A stretch of DNA of 64,000 bases from Candidatus Eiseniibacteriota bacterium (lineage in GTDB: Bacteria; Eisenbacteria; RBG-16-71-46; CAVPCR01): assembly GCA_963702435.1 (NCBI GenBank), contig CAVPCR010000001.1:1216001-1280000 (forward strand). The letters are read 5' to 3'. Below, piece by piece: positions 52,088 to 60,960 of the stretch; position 1 is the first letter of the stretch; the number at the start of each line of letters is the position of its first letter. The notes under the pieces are model-generated. The model did no database searches, was not told where the DNA came from, and was given only the letters and a program-made list of their open reading frames with translations. A program made the position numbers and the translations under genes.

Positions 52088-53623
52088 CTAGTGCGCCGGC
52101 CACTGGGACTGCGACCAGTAGAAGTCCCAGTTGGGGCCCCGGAAGTACGTGCCGACGATGGTGAGAACAAGAAAGCCGGCGAGGAAACAGGTGAAGAGCC
52201 CGAGCGCTCCGGCCCGCGTCGAGTCGTAGCGCTTGACGAGCCACATCGAGTACGCGGCGTAGATCGCGGTCAGGAGCGTGCCCGGATTGAGGAACGTGAT
52301 GACAATCTGGGGTGTCGCCGGCCACCACTGCCGGATCCAGCCGAAGCGGATGGCGAACGCCTCGATCAGGAGCACGGCGGCGAGCCCGAAGAACGCCGAG
52401 CGGAGGACGACGGCGCGGCCGCCCGGGCCGCCGAACCACTCGCCGGTGCCCACCGTCTCGCGATCGAGGTACGGAATGAGCAGGAGGCCGAGGAGGACGA
52501 TCGCCGGGATGCCCATGCCGCCCATGAACGCCGAGTAGGAGACGAGCTCCTGGAGGCCGAGGAAGTACCAGGGCGCCTTGGCCGGGTTCTCGGGCACCGC
52601 GGGGTTCGCGAGCTCCTTGAGCGGCGCGTCCCAGCCGAGCGCGAGGGCGAGACAGAGGAGCACCGTCAGCATGAAGACGCCGGCCTCGGCGTAGAAGAGA
52701 TGCGGCACCGCGGGGACCGTCTGCTCCGGCCCGCGCCCGACCGCCGGCGACTTGCCGGCGACGACCGCCGCCAGATGGTAGGTGCGCGCCGGCGCCGCGG
52801 TGAACACGGGATAGGTGCCGGGCGGCGGCGGCCCGAGCCGGCGATCGGCATCCGCCGGGCGCGCGAGCCCGCCGTCCTTCCGCACGCGCCAGAAGTGAAC
52901 GCCGAGGAGCGCCGCAAGCGCGAGCGGGAGGATCATGACGTGGAGGAGGTAGAAGCGGATGAGCGCCTCCTCGCCGATGTCCTCCGAGCCGAGGAGGAGC
53001 AGCTTCTGCAAGCCGCCGACGTCGAAGACGCTCGTGATGCCGAGCGCGTCGGTCAGCTCGCGCGGCGACTGCGCGATGTTCGAGCCGATCGTGATCGCCC
53101 AGTACGCGAGCTGGTCCCAGGGCAGGAGATAGCCGGTGAAGGAGAGACCGAGGGTCAGGACGAGGAGGCCCATTCCCATCACCCAGTTGAACTCGCGCGG
53201 CGCGCGGTAGGCGGCGGTGTAGAAGGCGCGCGCCATATGAAGAATCACCGCCACCACCATGATCTGGGCGGCCCAGCGGTGGATGTTCCGGATGAACTGC
53301 CCGGTCGGCACCACGAAGTGGATGTCCTTGATCGAGTCGTAGGCGGCGCTCGGATACGGCTTGTAATAGAACATGAGGAGAACGCCGGTCACGAGCGTGA
53401 GGAGGAACGCGGAGATCGAGATGACACCAAGACCGAATGTCGTTGACCAGCGAAGAGCCCATCGATGGACGCGCACCGAGTGGAAGTGGAGGAAGAGACT
53501 GCTGAAGACGAAGGAGGAGCGGCTGCGGTCGGTACGCGGGGTGCCGGAGCGATAGAAGCTCGTCGCGAAGCTCCGCGGGATGGCGCGAAGATTGGCGGTG
53601 AAGCGCGCGAGCCCGGTGCTCAT
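52088..53623 (-). CDS. Cytochrome b of a Rieske/cytb complex (fused b6 + subunit IV type)
   Basis: RNIHRWAA..ILHM, FTGYLLPWDQLAYWA, FYLLHV..GVHF heme ligands; NPAKAPWYF (PEWY equivalent). Confidence 0.92.
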   Translation of the reverse strand: MSTGLARFTANLRAIPRSFATSFYRSGTPRTDRSRSSFVFSSLFLHFHSVRVHRWALRWSTTFGLGVISISAFLLTLVTGVLLMFYYKPYPSAAYDSIKDIHFVVPTGQFIRNIHRWAAQIMVVAVILHMARAFYTAAYRAPREFNWVMGMGLLVLTLGLSFTGYLLPWDQLAYWAITIGSNIAQSPRELTDALGITSVFDVGGLQKLLLLGSEDIGEEALIRFYLLHVMILPLALAALLGVHFWRVRKDGGLARPADADRRLGPPPPGTYPVFTAAPARTYHLAAVVAGKSPAVGRGPEQTVPAVPHLFYAEAGVFMLTVLLCLALALGWDAPLKELANPAVPENPAKAPWYFLGLQELVSYSAFMGGMGIPAIVLLGLLLIPYLDRETVGTGEWFGGPGGRAVVLRSAFFGLAAVLLIEAFAIRFGWIRQWWPATPQIVITFLNPGTLLTAIYAAYSMWLVKRYDSTRAGALGLFTCFLAGFLVLTIVGTYFRGPNWDFYWSQSQWPAH

Positions 53624-54129
53624 GCCGGCTCCTTGGTGCCGGGGGCGATCTCCTTGCCCTCGTTCACGAGGAAGGTGCCGGCGCCGCCTGCCTTCTTGAC
53701 CTCAAGCCAGGCGAGCGCCTTCGGCGCCGGGCCCTTGGTCACGCCGCCGTCGGCGGCGAACTTGGAGCCGTGGCAGGGGCAGTCGAACCCGCTCGCCACG
53801 TGCTTCACGATGCAGCCGAGATGCGTGCAGATGAGCGAGATGGCGAAGACCCCGCCCGCGTCGCGGAAAACGGCGACCGAGCGGCCGGGCGGAACGAACG
53901 GACTCCCGGGCGCGAGCGACTCCGGAAGAGTCACGCGGAAGCGGCGGGACGGAGCGGGAATGACCGCGGCCTTCGGCAGCCGGAGCATGCCGAGCGCCGC
54001 GAAGCCGAGCGCGAGGAAGGCCGAGCCGATCGCCGCAAGCCCGAGGAAGTCGCGGCGCGGCATGAGCTCGGGATCAAGGCGGGAGCGACGGGCGACGGGG
54101 GCCGGCGACGCCTGCGCAGGCGTGCTCAT
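53620..54129 (-). CDS. Rieske [2Fe-2S] subunit
   Basis: PRRDFLG Tat-like anchor; CTHLGC and CPCHGS; ATGA overlaps on both sides. Confidence 0.92.
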   Translation of the reverse strand: MSTPAQASPAPVARRSRLDPELMPRRDFLGLAAIGSAFLALGFAALGMLRLPKAAVIPAPSRRFRVTLPESLAPGSPFVPPGRSVAVFRDAGGVFAISLICTHLGCIVKHVASGFDCPCHGSKFAADGGVTKGPAPKALAWLEVKKAGGAGTFLVNEGKEIAPGTKEPA

Positions 54130-56060
54130 GAGGACCTCCACTGCGTGGTGAACTGGACTCGCTCCATGGTGATGGCGTCCGCCGGGCAGCGCATGGCGCA
54201 GAGCGCGCAGCGGATGCAGCGGTCCTCGTCCTTGAGGATCGCGGAGTGAGCGCCGGGGTCGGCCCCGGAGCCGAGGAGGCGATCGACGAGAGAAGCGAGC
54301 TCCGGGGATGGCGCGAGCTCGTCGAGCGAGGCGAGCTTGAGACACATCGTCGGGCAGACATCGACGCAGCCGCCGCACAGGATGCAGCGCGTGCCATCGA
54401 AGACCGGCGTCACGCCGCAGTCGAGGCAGCGCGATGCTTCGAGCACGGCCTCCGCGGCGTCGTAACCGATCTCGACCTGGGCTCCCGGATTCTTGAGCCG
54501 CTCCTCCGGGGGCAACACGCGGATCTCGACCCGGCGAGTCATCTCGTAGCCGGGTTCGCGGCGGTAGCGGCCGAGATCGAGATGGGCCTCGAGCATCTCC
54601 GGCGTGAGACGCCTCCCGGTGACGTGGGCGTGGATCGAGCGCGCGGCCTTCTTGCCGGAGGCGACGGCGTCGATCAGGAGGCGCGTGCCGTGCGCGAGAT
54701 CACCCGCGACGAAGACCCCGGGCGCGGCCGTCGAGAGGGTCGCCGGATCGACCTGCGGCCAGCCCGGCCGGAACTCGGTGACATCGGTCCCTCCGTCCGC
54801 GAGGAACGAGAGATCGGTGGTCTGCCCGGCAGCGATGAGGACCGTGTCGCAGTCGAGCACGCGGCGGTCGGCATCGTCGAACACCGGAGCGAAGCGGCGA
54901 TCGGCGTCGTAGACACGGAGGCAGCGGCGGACGAGGACGCCGGCGACCCGGCCGCCGTCATCGCGCTGGATCTCGATCGGCCCGTAGCCGCCGAGGCGCT
55001 CGATCCCCTCCTCGTCCCCCTCGACGATCTCGACCGTGTCGGCCGGCATCTCCTCGAGCGTCTCGAGCGAGACGAGGCGGATCGTTCGATGGCCGGGGAG
55101 CCGTGCGGCCGTGCGCGCCGCGTCGTACGCGATCTGGCGGACGACCGTGCGCGCCACATCGTAGGCGACGTTGCCGCCCCCGATCACGACCACGCGATCG
55201 CCGAGATCGAACCGCTCGCCGAGCGCGACCGCGCGCAGGAGATCGACGCCGCCGTGAACGCCGGGACCCGGCTCGCCGGGAAGACCGAGCCCGCGCGGCC
55301 GCTTGGCGCCGACCGCGACGAGCACCGCGGCATGCGTGCGACGCAGTTCGGCGAAGCTGACGTCGCGTCCCACCGTGACTCCGCAACGGAGCTCGACGCC
55401 GAGCGCGCGCATGACCTCGATCTCGCGGCGGATGAGATCGCGCGGCAGGCGGTAGTCCGGCACGCCGAGGGCGAGCATGCCGGCAGGGACAGGCTCGGTT
55501 TCGAAAACGACGGGGACGAACCCGAGGAGCGCGAGATCGTGCGCCGCCGAGAGGCCGGCCGGTCCCGCGCCGATCACCGCCACGCGCTCACCGCGCGCGG
55601 GGGCGAAACGGCCCGCCACGGCGGCGCGGAGGATGTGCGCCATCTCCTCGGCGTCGGCGGCGATCTCGGGAACATGGGTGCGGACGGCGGCCAGCACATC
55701 GGCGGCCGGGCGGACATCGGGGCCGGCCTCCTCGCACGCGAAGCGCTTGAGCGCGCGGATGGCGATCGGGCGATCGCTGCCCAGATGAACTCCGTCCGGG
55801 TCGAGGCGCGGTATGCGACCGCGACGGCAGGCGGCTTCGCACGGTGCGCCGCAGATCCGACCGCAGATCGAGGCGAAGGGATTGGGTCCGCGCGCGATCA
55901 GGTAGGCTTCGTCGAACCGGCCGGCGGCGATCGCGCGCACGTAGCCCCGCGCGTCGGTGTGCACCGGGCACGCCTGCTGACAGGAGATCAGCCGCCGGTG
56001 ATAGCCCGCGTCGGGAATCTCGACGGCGAGTCGAGCGGGCGCTTCGGGCAGCTCGGACAC
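54126..56060 (-). CDS. Cytoplasmic FAD/NAD(P)-dependent Fe-S oxidoreductase (GltD/NfnB-like) with C-terminal 2x[4Fe-4S] ferredoxin domain
   Basis: GTG 56060 with GAGGAGG RBS; CQQACP, CGRICGAPCEAAC; GAGPAG; GGGNVA; EASRCLDC; CILCGGCVDVCP and CIRCALCAMRCP. Confidence 0.9.
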   Translation of the reverse strand: MSELPEAPARLAVEIPDAGYHRRLISCQQACPVHTDARGYVRAIAAGRFDEAYLIARGPNPFASICGRICGAPCEAACRRGRIPRLDPDGVHLGSDRPIAIRALKRFACEEAGPDVRPAADVLAAVRTHVPEIAADAEEMAHILRAAVAGRFAPARGERVAVIGAGPAGLSAAHDLALLGFVPVVFETEPVPAGMLALGVPDYRLPRDLIRREIEVMRALGVELRCGVTVGRDVSFAELRRTHAAVLVAVGAKRPRGLGLPGEPGPGVHGGVDLLRAVALGERFDLGDRVVVIGGGNVAYDVARTVVRQIAYDAARTAARLPGHRTIRLVSLETLEEMPADTVEIVEGDEEGIERLGGYGPIEIQRDDGGRVAGVLVRRCLRVYDADRRFAPVFDDADRRVLDCDTVLIAAGQTTDLSFLADGGTDVTEFRPGWPQVDPATLSTAAPGVFVAGDLAHGTRLLIDAVASGKKAARSIHAHVTGRRLTPEMLEAHLDLGRYRREPGYEMTRRVEIRVLPPEERLKNPGAQVEIGYDAAEAVLEASRCLDCGVTPVFDGTRCILCGGCVDVCPTMCLKLASLDELAPSPELASLVDRLLGSGADPGAHSAILKDEDRCIRCALCAMRCPADAITMERVQFTTQWRSS

Positions 56061-56151
56061 CCGACCGTCCTCCTCGAGGATCGTGTTCCGCGTTGGCCCG
56101 GGGCGGGGCGGGCGGATCGGTTGGGGCACCCCGGACATCTCGATCGGGGTG

Positions 56152-56189
56152 ATATTCGGACATTCCACTCCACTTGTCAACTATAGACA
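56152..56189 (-). promoter_or_regulatory. Putative sigma-70 promoter of the respiratory operon with an overlapping inverted repeat
   Basis: TTGACA (56180-56175)-N17-GAATAT. TGTC-N7-GACA dyad (56175-56189) overlaps the -35; AT-rich tract upstream. Confidence 0.4.
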
Positions 56190-56353
56190 CGGATCCCCGC
56201 CCGATCCCTTCGCGATGTCTTTAAGTTGTTTAATCAAATGTACTTGTAGAACCGATGAACGCCGAAACCGGGGCACCGGGATCAGTGACCGCGCCCGCCC
56301 TCTCGGGTTTTCTGGGCCGTCGACGCTACTTGGGAATCAAGACGAAGGCGGTC

Positions 56354-57958
56354 TCATCCCCTCCCGGTCGCCGCGGTATAGAAGCGACTCCCATCGGAGG
56401 CGAAGCGTGCGCGCGACTCGTCCCAGCTGTAGAACATGTGTCCGCCCTTGTAGTTGGCGGTGACCAGATGCTCCCGCTGCGCGGGCGTGAGCTTCATGAG
56501 GTCGATCAGGCGCCGGCTCGAGAAGTACGGAGTCACCAGATCGAAGTAGCCGTGGGCGATGAAAACTTTCATGTGCTCGTTGAGGCTCATCCCGTAGCGA
56601 AGGTCGTCCATGGCTCCCGTGAGCTTCTGGAAAACGTGCTTCGAGCCGCTGTTCTTCCAGGATTCGTTCACGTCCATGCTCAGCAGGCGATACTCGAGAT
56701 CGGTCTCGACTCCGAGATTGCTGCGCAGCTGATGGTTGATCGCGGCAGTGAACAACCGATCGATGGAGAACAGGGTGGGATCAGGACCCTCGTAGTTGTC
56801 GCGATCGGGGAAGGGATCGGTCGTGGTGATCGAGGCGTCGTAGTGACCGCAGAGACGACGCTGCTCTCGCAGGAGCTTCCGGCAGAAGAGGGTCGAGCTG
56901 ATGCGCCCGCCCGCCCGATCGAGCATCTCGGCCGGGAGGCCGCAGAGGCTTCCCATGCGCTCGACGAGCCTGGCTCTCTCTCTCTCCGCGAGGGCGGCGC
57001 CCTGGACCAGTAGCCGCGGCAGTTCGTTCTTGGCGAATGCCTCCGCTTCGGCCAGCGCACGGTCGAGCGACGCGCTGCCGGGGATACCGAGCGCCCGGCG
57101 ATGACACCAGGCGGCGGCGGCCAGCGAGGGGAAGAGCTCCACCCAGTAGGTGAGGTCGTAGTCGGTACCCGACAGGGACTCGAGCTCGATCGCCGGCGAG
57201 ATCAGGATCGATCCGCACAACCCGACGCCGTGGCGCTCCTGGAGCATGCGCGCCATCTTCGCCACCCGGAAGCCACCATAGCTCTCGCCGGCGATGAAGA
57301 TCGGGGCCGTCCAGCGGTGGTGCGTGGACAGGAACCGACTGATGAACTCGCCGAGCGACTGGAGGTCCTTCTCGACATCCCAGAACTCGGGGTTCTCCTT
57401 CGGATCGTCGGTCTCGGGCTTGGCGCCCGGCTCCGCGCCCGAGGGTTCCTTGCCGGGCCCCTTCTCCGGCTTCAGGGCGCGGCTGAAGCCGGTACCGACC
57501 GGATCGATGAAGACGAGATCGGTGAATGCGAGCCACGTCTCCCTGTTGTCGACGACCGTGGTCGGCGGCTGGGGCAGCGACCCGGACTCGCCAAAGACGA
57601 CCCGTTGCGGGCCGAGCGCGCCCATGTGGAGGTAGGCCGATGCAGCACCTGGTCCTCCGTTGAAGACGAAGGTGAGAGGGCGGTCGCTCGTGCCTTCCTT
57701 CGCCAGGTACGCGGTGTGGAAGATATGGGCCACTGGTTTGTGGATCTTGCGCAGGCTGATCCAGCCGGTGACAGCCCGGTAGTCGAGCTTCCGCCCGGGC
57801 AGCTTCAGCGAGCCCTCGGTTGACGTCTCCTTCATCGGGAACGGCGTCTCGATCGGGGGCGCATCCCCGGGCCGTTCGCCAGGTTTGTTCCCCAGCTTCT
57901 CCTGCGGCCCGGTCACGGTTCTATCGGCCGGTCTCTTGGCGGCTCTTCTCGTGGTCAT
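56354..57958 (-). CDS. Serine carboxypeptidase, peptidase S10 family
   Basis: FVFNGGPG, DLVFIDPVGTGFS, GESYG, GYFDLVTP, GGHMFY. Confidence 0.92.
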   Translation of the reverse strand: MTTRRAAKRPADRTVTGPQEKLGNKPGERPGDAPPIETPFPMKETSTEGSLKLPGRKLDYRAVTGWISLRKIHKPVAHIFHTAYLAKEGTSDRPLTFVFNGGPGAASAYLHMGALGPQRVVFGESGSLPQPPTTVVDNRETWLAFTDLVFIDPVGTGFSRALKPEKGPGKEPSGAEPGAKPETDDPKENPEFWDVEKDLQSLGEFISRFLSTHHRWTAPIFIAGESYGGFRVAKMARMLQERHGVGLCGSILISPAIELESLSGTDYDLTYWVELFPSLAAAAWCHRRALGIPGSASLDRALAEAEAFAKNELPRLLVQGAALAERERARLVERMGSLCGLPAEMLDRAGGRISSTLFCRKLLREQRRLCGHYDASITTTDPFPDRDNYEGPDPTLFSIDRLFTAAINHQLRSNLGVETDLEYRLLSMDVNESWKNSGSKHVFQKLTGAMDDLRYGMSLNEHMKVFIAHGYFDLVTPYFSSRRLIDLMKLTPAQREHLVTANYKGGHMFYSWDESRARFASDGSRFYTAATGRG

Positions 57959-58021
57959 TCTGGGTCCCCAGCGTCAGTGGGAATCGCACTTCCCGGAGGC
58001 TCGCGGCGGTGCCGCAGCTCG

Positions 58022-58083
58022 CCGAGCTGCGCACGACCGAGCTGCGCACGACCGAGTTGCGCGCGACCGAGTTGCGCGCGACC
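58022..58083. repeat. 15-bp tandem repeat (CCGAGYTGCGCRCGA) x4 upstream of the S10 peptidase
   Basis: Read directly: two copies each of two variants. Confidence 0.9.
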
Positions 58084-58284
58084 TTGCCGGTGTACTGGAC
58101 CCTGCGTCCGAACGTCGGCCGAAAGATCCACCGGAGATTCGAAGCGAGCGCCAGTGTACGCCGGTCCATGGCGCGTGGGAAGTGAGCGGGCAGGTCCGCG
58201 ACTGGCGGCACCAGCCAAGGCGAGTCAGCGGCCCGGATCATCGGGCAGGCCGCGCGCCAGTTTCGCCCGCCGCCGAGGTCGTCG

Positions 58285-58385
58285 GACCGCGCGATCGCCT
58301 CGAGCATCCAGCGATCCGCCACGTGATCGGTCACGACCGGCGGAGCGAACGGAAGCACGAGGACGAAGCTATCGGCACCACACGA
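58285..58385 (-). repeat. Diverged ~100-bp copy of an internal segment (58864-58964) of the DUF4388 gene
   Basis: Encodes DSFVLVLPFAPPVVTDHVADRWMLEAIARS versus DSFVLVHPFSRPVVTDHVKDRWMLEAIARS in the gene. Confidence 0.85.
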
Positions 58386-58412
58386 GCAAGAGGGATAACG
58401 GCGCCCGCGAGG

Positions 58413-59600
58413 CTAGGCCGCGGGTTCCGCGAGCTCGAGGATCGGCCCCGGCGCGGCCGGCCGCGGGGCGAAGAACCGCCAGCCCGCCGCGTTCCTCGGC
58501 ACACCGCCGAGCGCCTCGAGCACAGCCAGCGCCTGCGCGCGCTCGGCGGCGCGGAGCGTCACCGCGATGCGTGCGCCCGCCATCCAGCAATCGCGCAGGA
58601 AAACGCCGAGATCGGCGCACGGATCGTGATCCACGAGCACCGCGTGCGGTCGCCAGCGCGCGATGAGCGTGCGTGCGGTCGTCAGATCGAAGGCCGGATC
58701 GAGCACGCCGTGATGGATGGTCCGGCCGTCTCCGAGGTCGTGGGTCGGAATCCCGCTGAGCACGAGCACCCGATCGCCGCCGTCGGCCAGCACCTGCGCG
58801 TACAGCGCGAGGAAGAGGCTCTTGCCCACGCCGGGCGCGCCCCACACCGCGACGGGCGCCGCCGACCGCGCGATGGCTTCGAGCATCCAGCGATCCTTCA
58901 CATGATCGGTCACGACCGGCCGGGAAAACGGATGCACGAGGACGAAGCTGTCCGTGCCCCAGGACAGATAGAGCCGCTTCTCGCCCGCCCACACCCAGCC
59001 ATGGTAGGGCGGTGCCTCGGCGGTGAGGCCGGCGAGCGTCCGCGGCGTCACCCCCTGATCCCAGTCGAGCACCTCGGGGTCGCTCGCTCCTGCATCGAAG
59101 CCCATGAGAGGATGGCCTGCCGTGCGGTAGAGGGTGCGGCCCGGCTGCTCGAGGAGCCATCCGCGCGAGCCCTCGCGCGCCCGGTGGGCGATGCGATCCG
59201 CCGAGATCGCCGCGAAGGTTCGGGAGAGCTCATCCACTTGCTCGAGCGCCGCCGTCACCTGCGCCGTCTGCTCCGCCTCGCCCGCCCGCGCCTCGTCGAT
59301 CGCGCGCGCAGTCTCGAGGAGCAAGTTCTCGGTCTCCATCCCGATCTCGTCCGAATCGGCCACCGGCCCCGGAAGAAACTGGAATTCTCCGTCGTTCCAG
59401 TCGAGGAGCGACATCGCCGCCGTCATGCCGGTCTGGTTCCCGGGCCCGACGGCCGAGACGACGCGCCCGGAGAGGAAGCGGAGTTCGCCGCGCCCCGCCA
59501 CACTCCCGTCGTGCCGTAGATGGAGAACGCCGGTCTTCCGGCCGAGGAGAAGGAACTGCGCGACCTCGATCGGGGAGACGAATGCGAGCCGCCCTTTCAT
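58413..59600 (-). CDS. DUF4388 (PatA-N-like) domain fused to a degenerate PilT-like P-loop domain
   Basis: MKGRLAFVSPIEVAQFLLLGRKTGVLHL..GELRFLSGRVVSA..LLDWNDGEFQF..ENLLLETARAIDE; later VAVWGAPGVGKS Walker A. Confidence 0.75.
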   Translation of the reverse strand: MKGRLAFVSPIEVAQFLLLGRKTGVLHLRHDGSVAGRGELRFLSGRVVSAVGPGNQTGMTAAMSLLDWNDGEFQFLPGPVADSDEIGMETENLLLETARAIDEARAGEAEQTAQVTAALEQVDELSRTFAAISADRIAHRAREGSRGWLLEQPGRTLYRTAGHPLMGFDAGASDPEVLDWDQGVTPRTLAGLTAEAPPYHGWVWAGEKRLYLSWGTDSFVLVHPFSRPVVTDHVKDRWMLEAIARSAAPVAVWGAPGVGKSLFLALYAQVLADGGDRVLVLSGIPTHDLGDGRTIHHGVLDPAFDLTTARTLIARWRPHAVLVDHDPCADLGVFLRDCWMAGARIAVTLRAAERAQALAVLEALGGVPRNAAGWRFFAPRPAAPGPILELAEPAA

Positions 59601-59773
59601 GCCCTGGGCATCCCCGGCCCCCGCCCACTCGCTATCTCGAGCCGCTGCCTGCCTCACCTGCCGCCTCCTCTTGTCACGTCCGCTGCGCCCTACTGGCGCG
59701 CCACGGTGCCAGGCTGGCGCCCGATGGGCCCAGGCGGTACCGGGCCCGCTGAGCCGCACTAGAAGAAACCGCG

Positions 59774-60844
59774 CTAAGCCGCCCGGCGTCGTTCCACGTG
59801 GGAGGCGAAGCGCTCCTTCTGCACCGCGTGATGCAGCGCCTCCTCCACGGTGACCGCCCCCTCCTGTACGAGCCGCGTCAGGTAGTCGTCGAGGAGGATC
59901 ATCCCATCCCGGCGTCCCGTTTGCATCACGGTGGGGATCTGGAAGGTCTTGTGCTCGCGAATGAGCGTCCGCACGGGTGCGCTGCCGACGAGCACCTCGA
60001 CAGCCACGACGCGCCCGCTCCCGTCGGTGCGCTTGAGCAGACGCTGGGCGATCACTCCCTGGAGTGACTCGGAGAGCATCGTACGGACCTGATCCTGCCG
60101 CTCGCTTTCGAAGACATCGATCAGGCGGTCCACGGTCTGCGCCGCCGATGCGGTGTGGAGCGTGCCGAAGACGAGCTGCCCGGTCTCGGCCGCGGTGATC
60201 GCCAGCGAGATGGTCTCGAGATCGCGCATCTCGCCGACCAGGATGATGTTCGGATCCTCGCGCAGCCCGGCGCGCAACGCCGCCGCGAAGCTCTTCGTAT
60301 GCTTGCCCACCTCGCGCTGATTGATGAGCGAGAGTCGGTTCTCGTGCACGTACTCGATCGGGTCTTCGATCGTCACGATGTGCCGGCGATACGTGCGGTT
60401 GACGTAATCGAGGAGAGCCGCCTGGGTCGAGGACTTTCCGCTCCCCGGCGGACCGGTGACGACGACGAGTCCCTTGTTGAGATCGCCGAAATGCGCGATC
60501 TCCTCCGGTAACGCCAGCTGCTCGAAGGTCGGGATGATCGAGGGCAGGATGCGGAACGCGCCGGCCACACCGCGGCGCTGCTCGAAGACGTTGCAGCGTA
60601 CACGGAGCACGCCGGGGATCTCGTAGCCGAAGTCCACCTCGCCGACAGTCTCGTAGGCTGACCACTCGTCGGGAGTCATCATCTCGCGGAGGAGATCGAC
60701 AAGCATGTCGGGAGTGAGCGCCTCGTACTCGACCGGCTGGATCTCGCCGTGCACGCGGAGCATCGGCGGCGCCCCGCAAGTGAGATGCAGGTCCGACGCG
60801 CCGCGATCCTTGACCAGCCTGAAGATGGCATCGATGCGGGCCAC
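59774..60844 (-). CDS. pilT: Type IV pilus retraction ATPase PilT
   Basis: ASDLHL, GLVVVTGPPGSGKS, HIVTIEDPIEY, QREVG, LREDPNIILVGEMRD, GTLHT, MQTG..GM; GTG start with GGAGG RBS. Confidence 0.93.
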   Translation of the reverse strand: MARIDAIFRLVKDRGASDLHLTCGAPPMLRVHGEIQPVEYEALTPDMLVDLLREMMTPDEWSAYETVGEVDFGYEIPGVLRVRCNVFEQRRGVAGAFRILPSIIPTFEQLALPEEIAHFGDLNKGLVVVTGPPGSGKSSTQAALLDYVNRTYRRHIVTIEDPIEYVHENRLSLINQREVGKHTKSFAAALRAGLREDPNIILVGEMRDLETISLAITAAETGQLVFGTLHTASAAQTVDRLIDVFESERQDQVRTMLSESLQGVIAQRLLKRTDGSGRVVAVEVLVGSAPVRTLIREHKTFQIPTVMQTGRRDGMILLDDYLTRLVQEGAVTVEEALHHAVQKERFASHVERRRAA

Positions 60845-60883
60845 CCGACTGCCTCCGTTGGTCCGTATTGAGACTCAACGGAA

Positions 60884-60911
60884 CTATCGGCCGGATCGGG
60901 GGCAGTCTTGA
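60884..60911 (-). promoter_or_regulatory. Sigma-28 (FliA/WhiG)-like promoter for pilT
   Basis: TCAAG-N15-GCCGATAG, 40 nt upstream of the start. Confidence 0.55.
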
Positions 60912-60960
60912 GGCGGGTTGGGCTTGGCGCTCCGGGCCCGTGCGGGGGCCGCCGTCACCC

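Noticed and set aside
56224..56237. Canonical FNR box upstream of the respiratory operon
   Set aside because: Only one good half-site, and the spacing does not fit TTGAT-N4-ATCAA.
58022..58083. Tandem repeats (here and at 25688-25721) as CRISPR arrays
   Set aside because: Units are 10-15 bp and contiguous, with no spacers and no cas genes.
58285..58964. Duplicated segment as a DGR template/variable repeat pair
   Set aside because: Differences are not adenine-specific and are largely synonymous, and there is no reverse transcriptase in the window.
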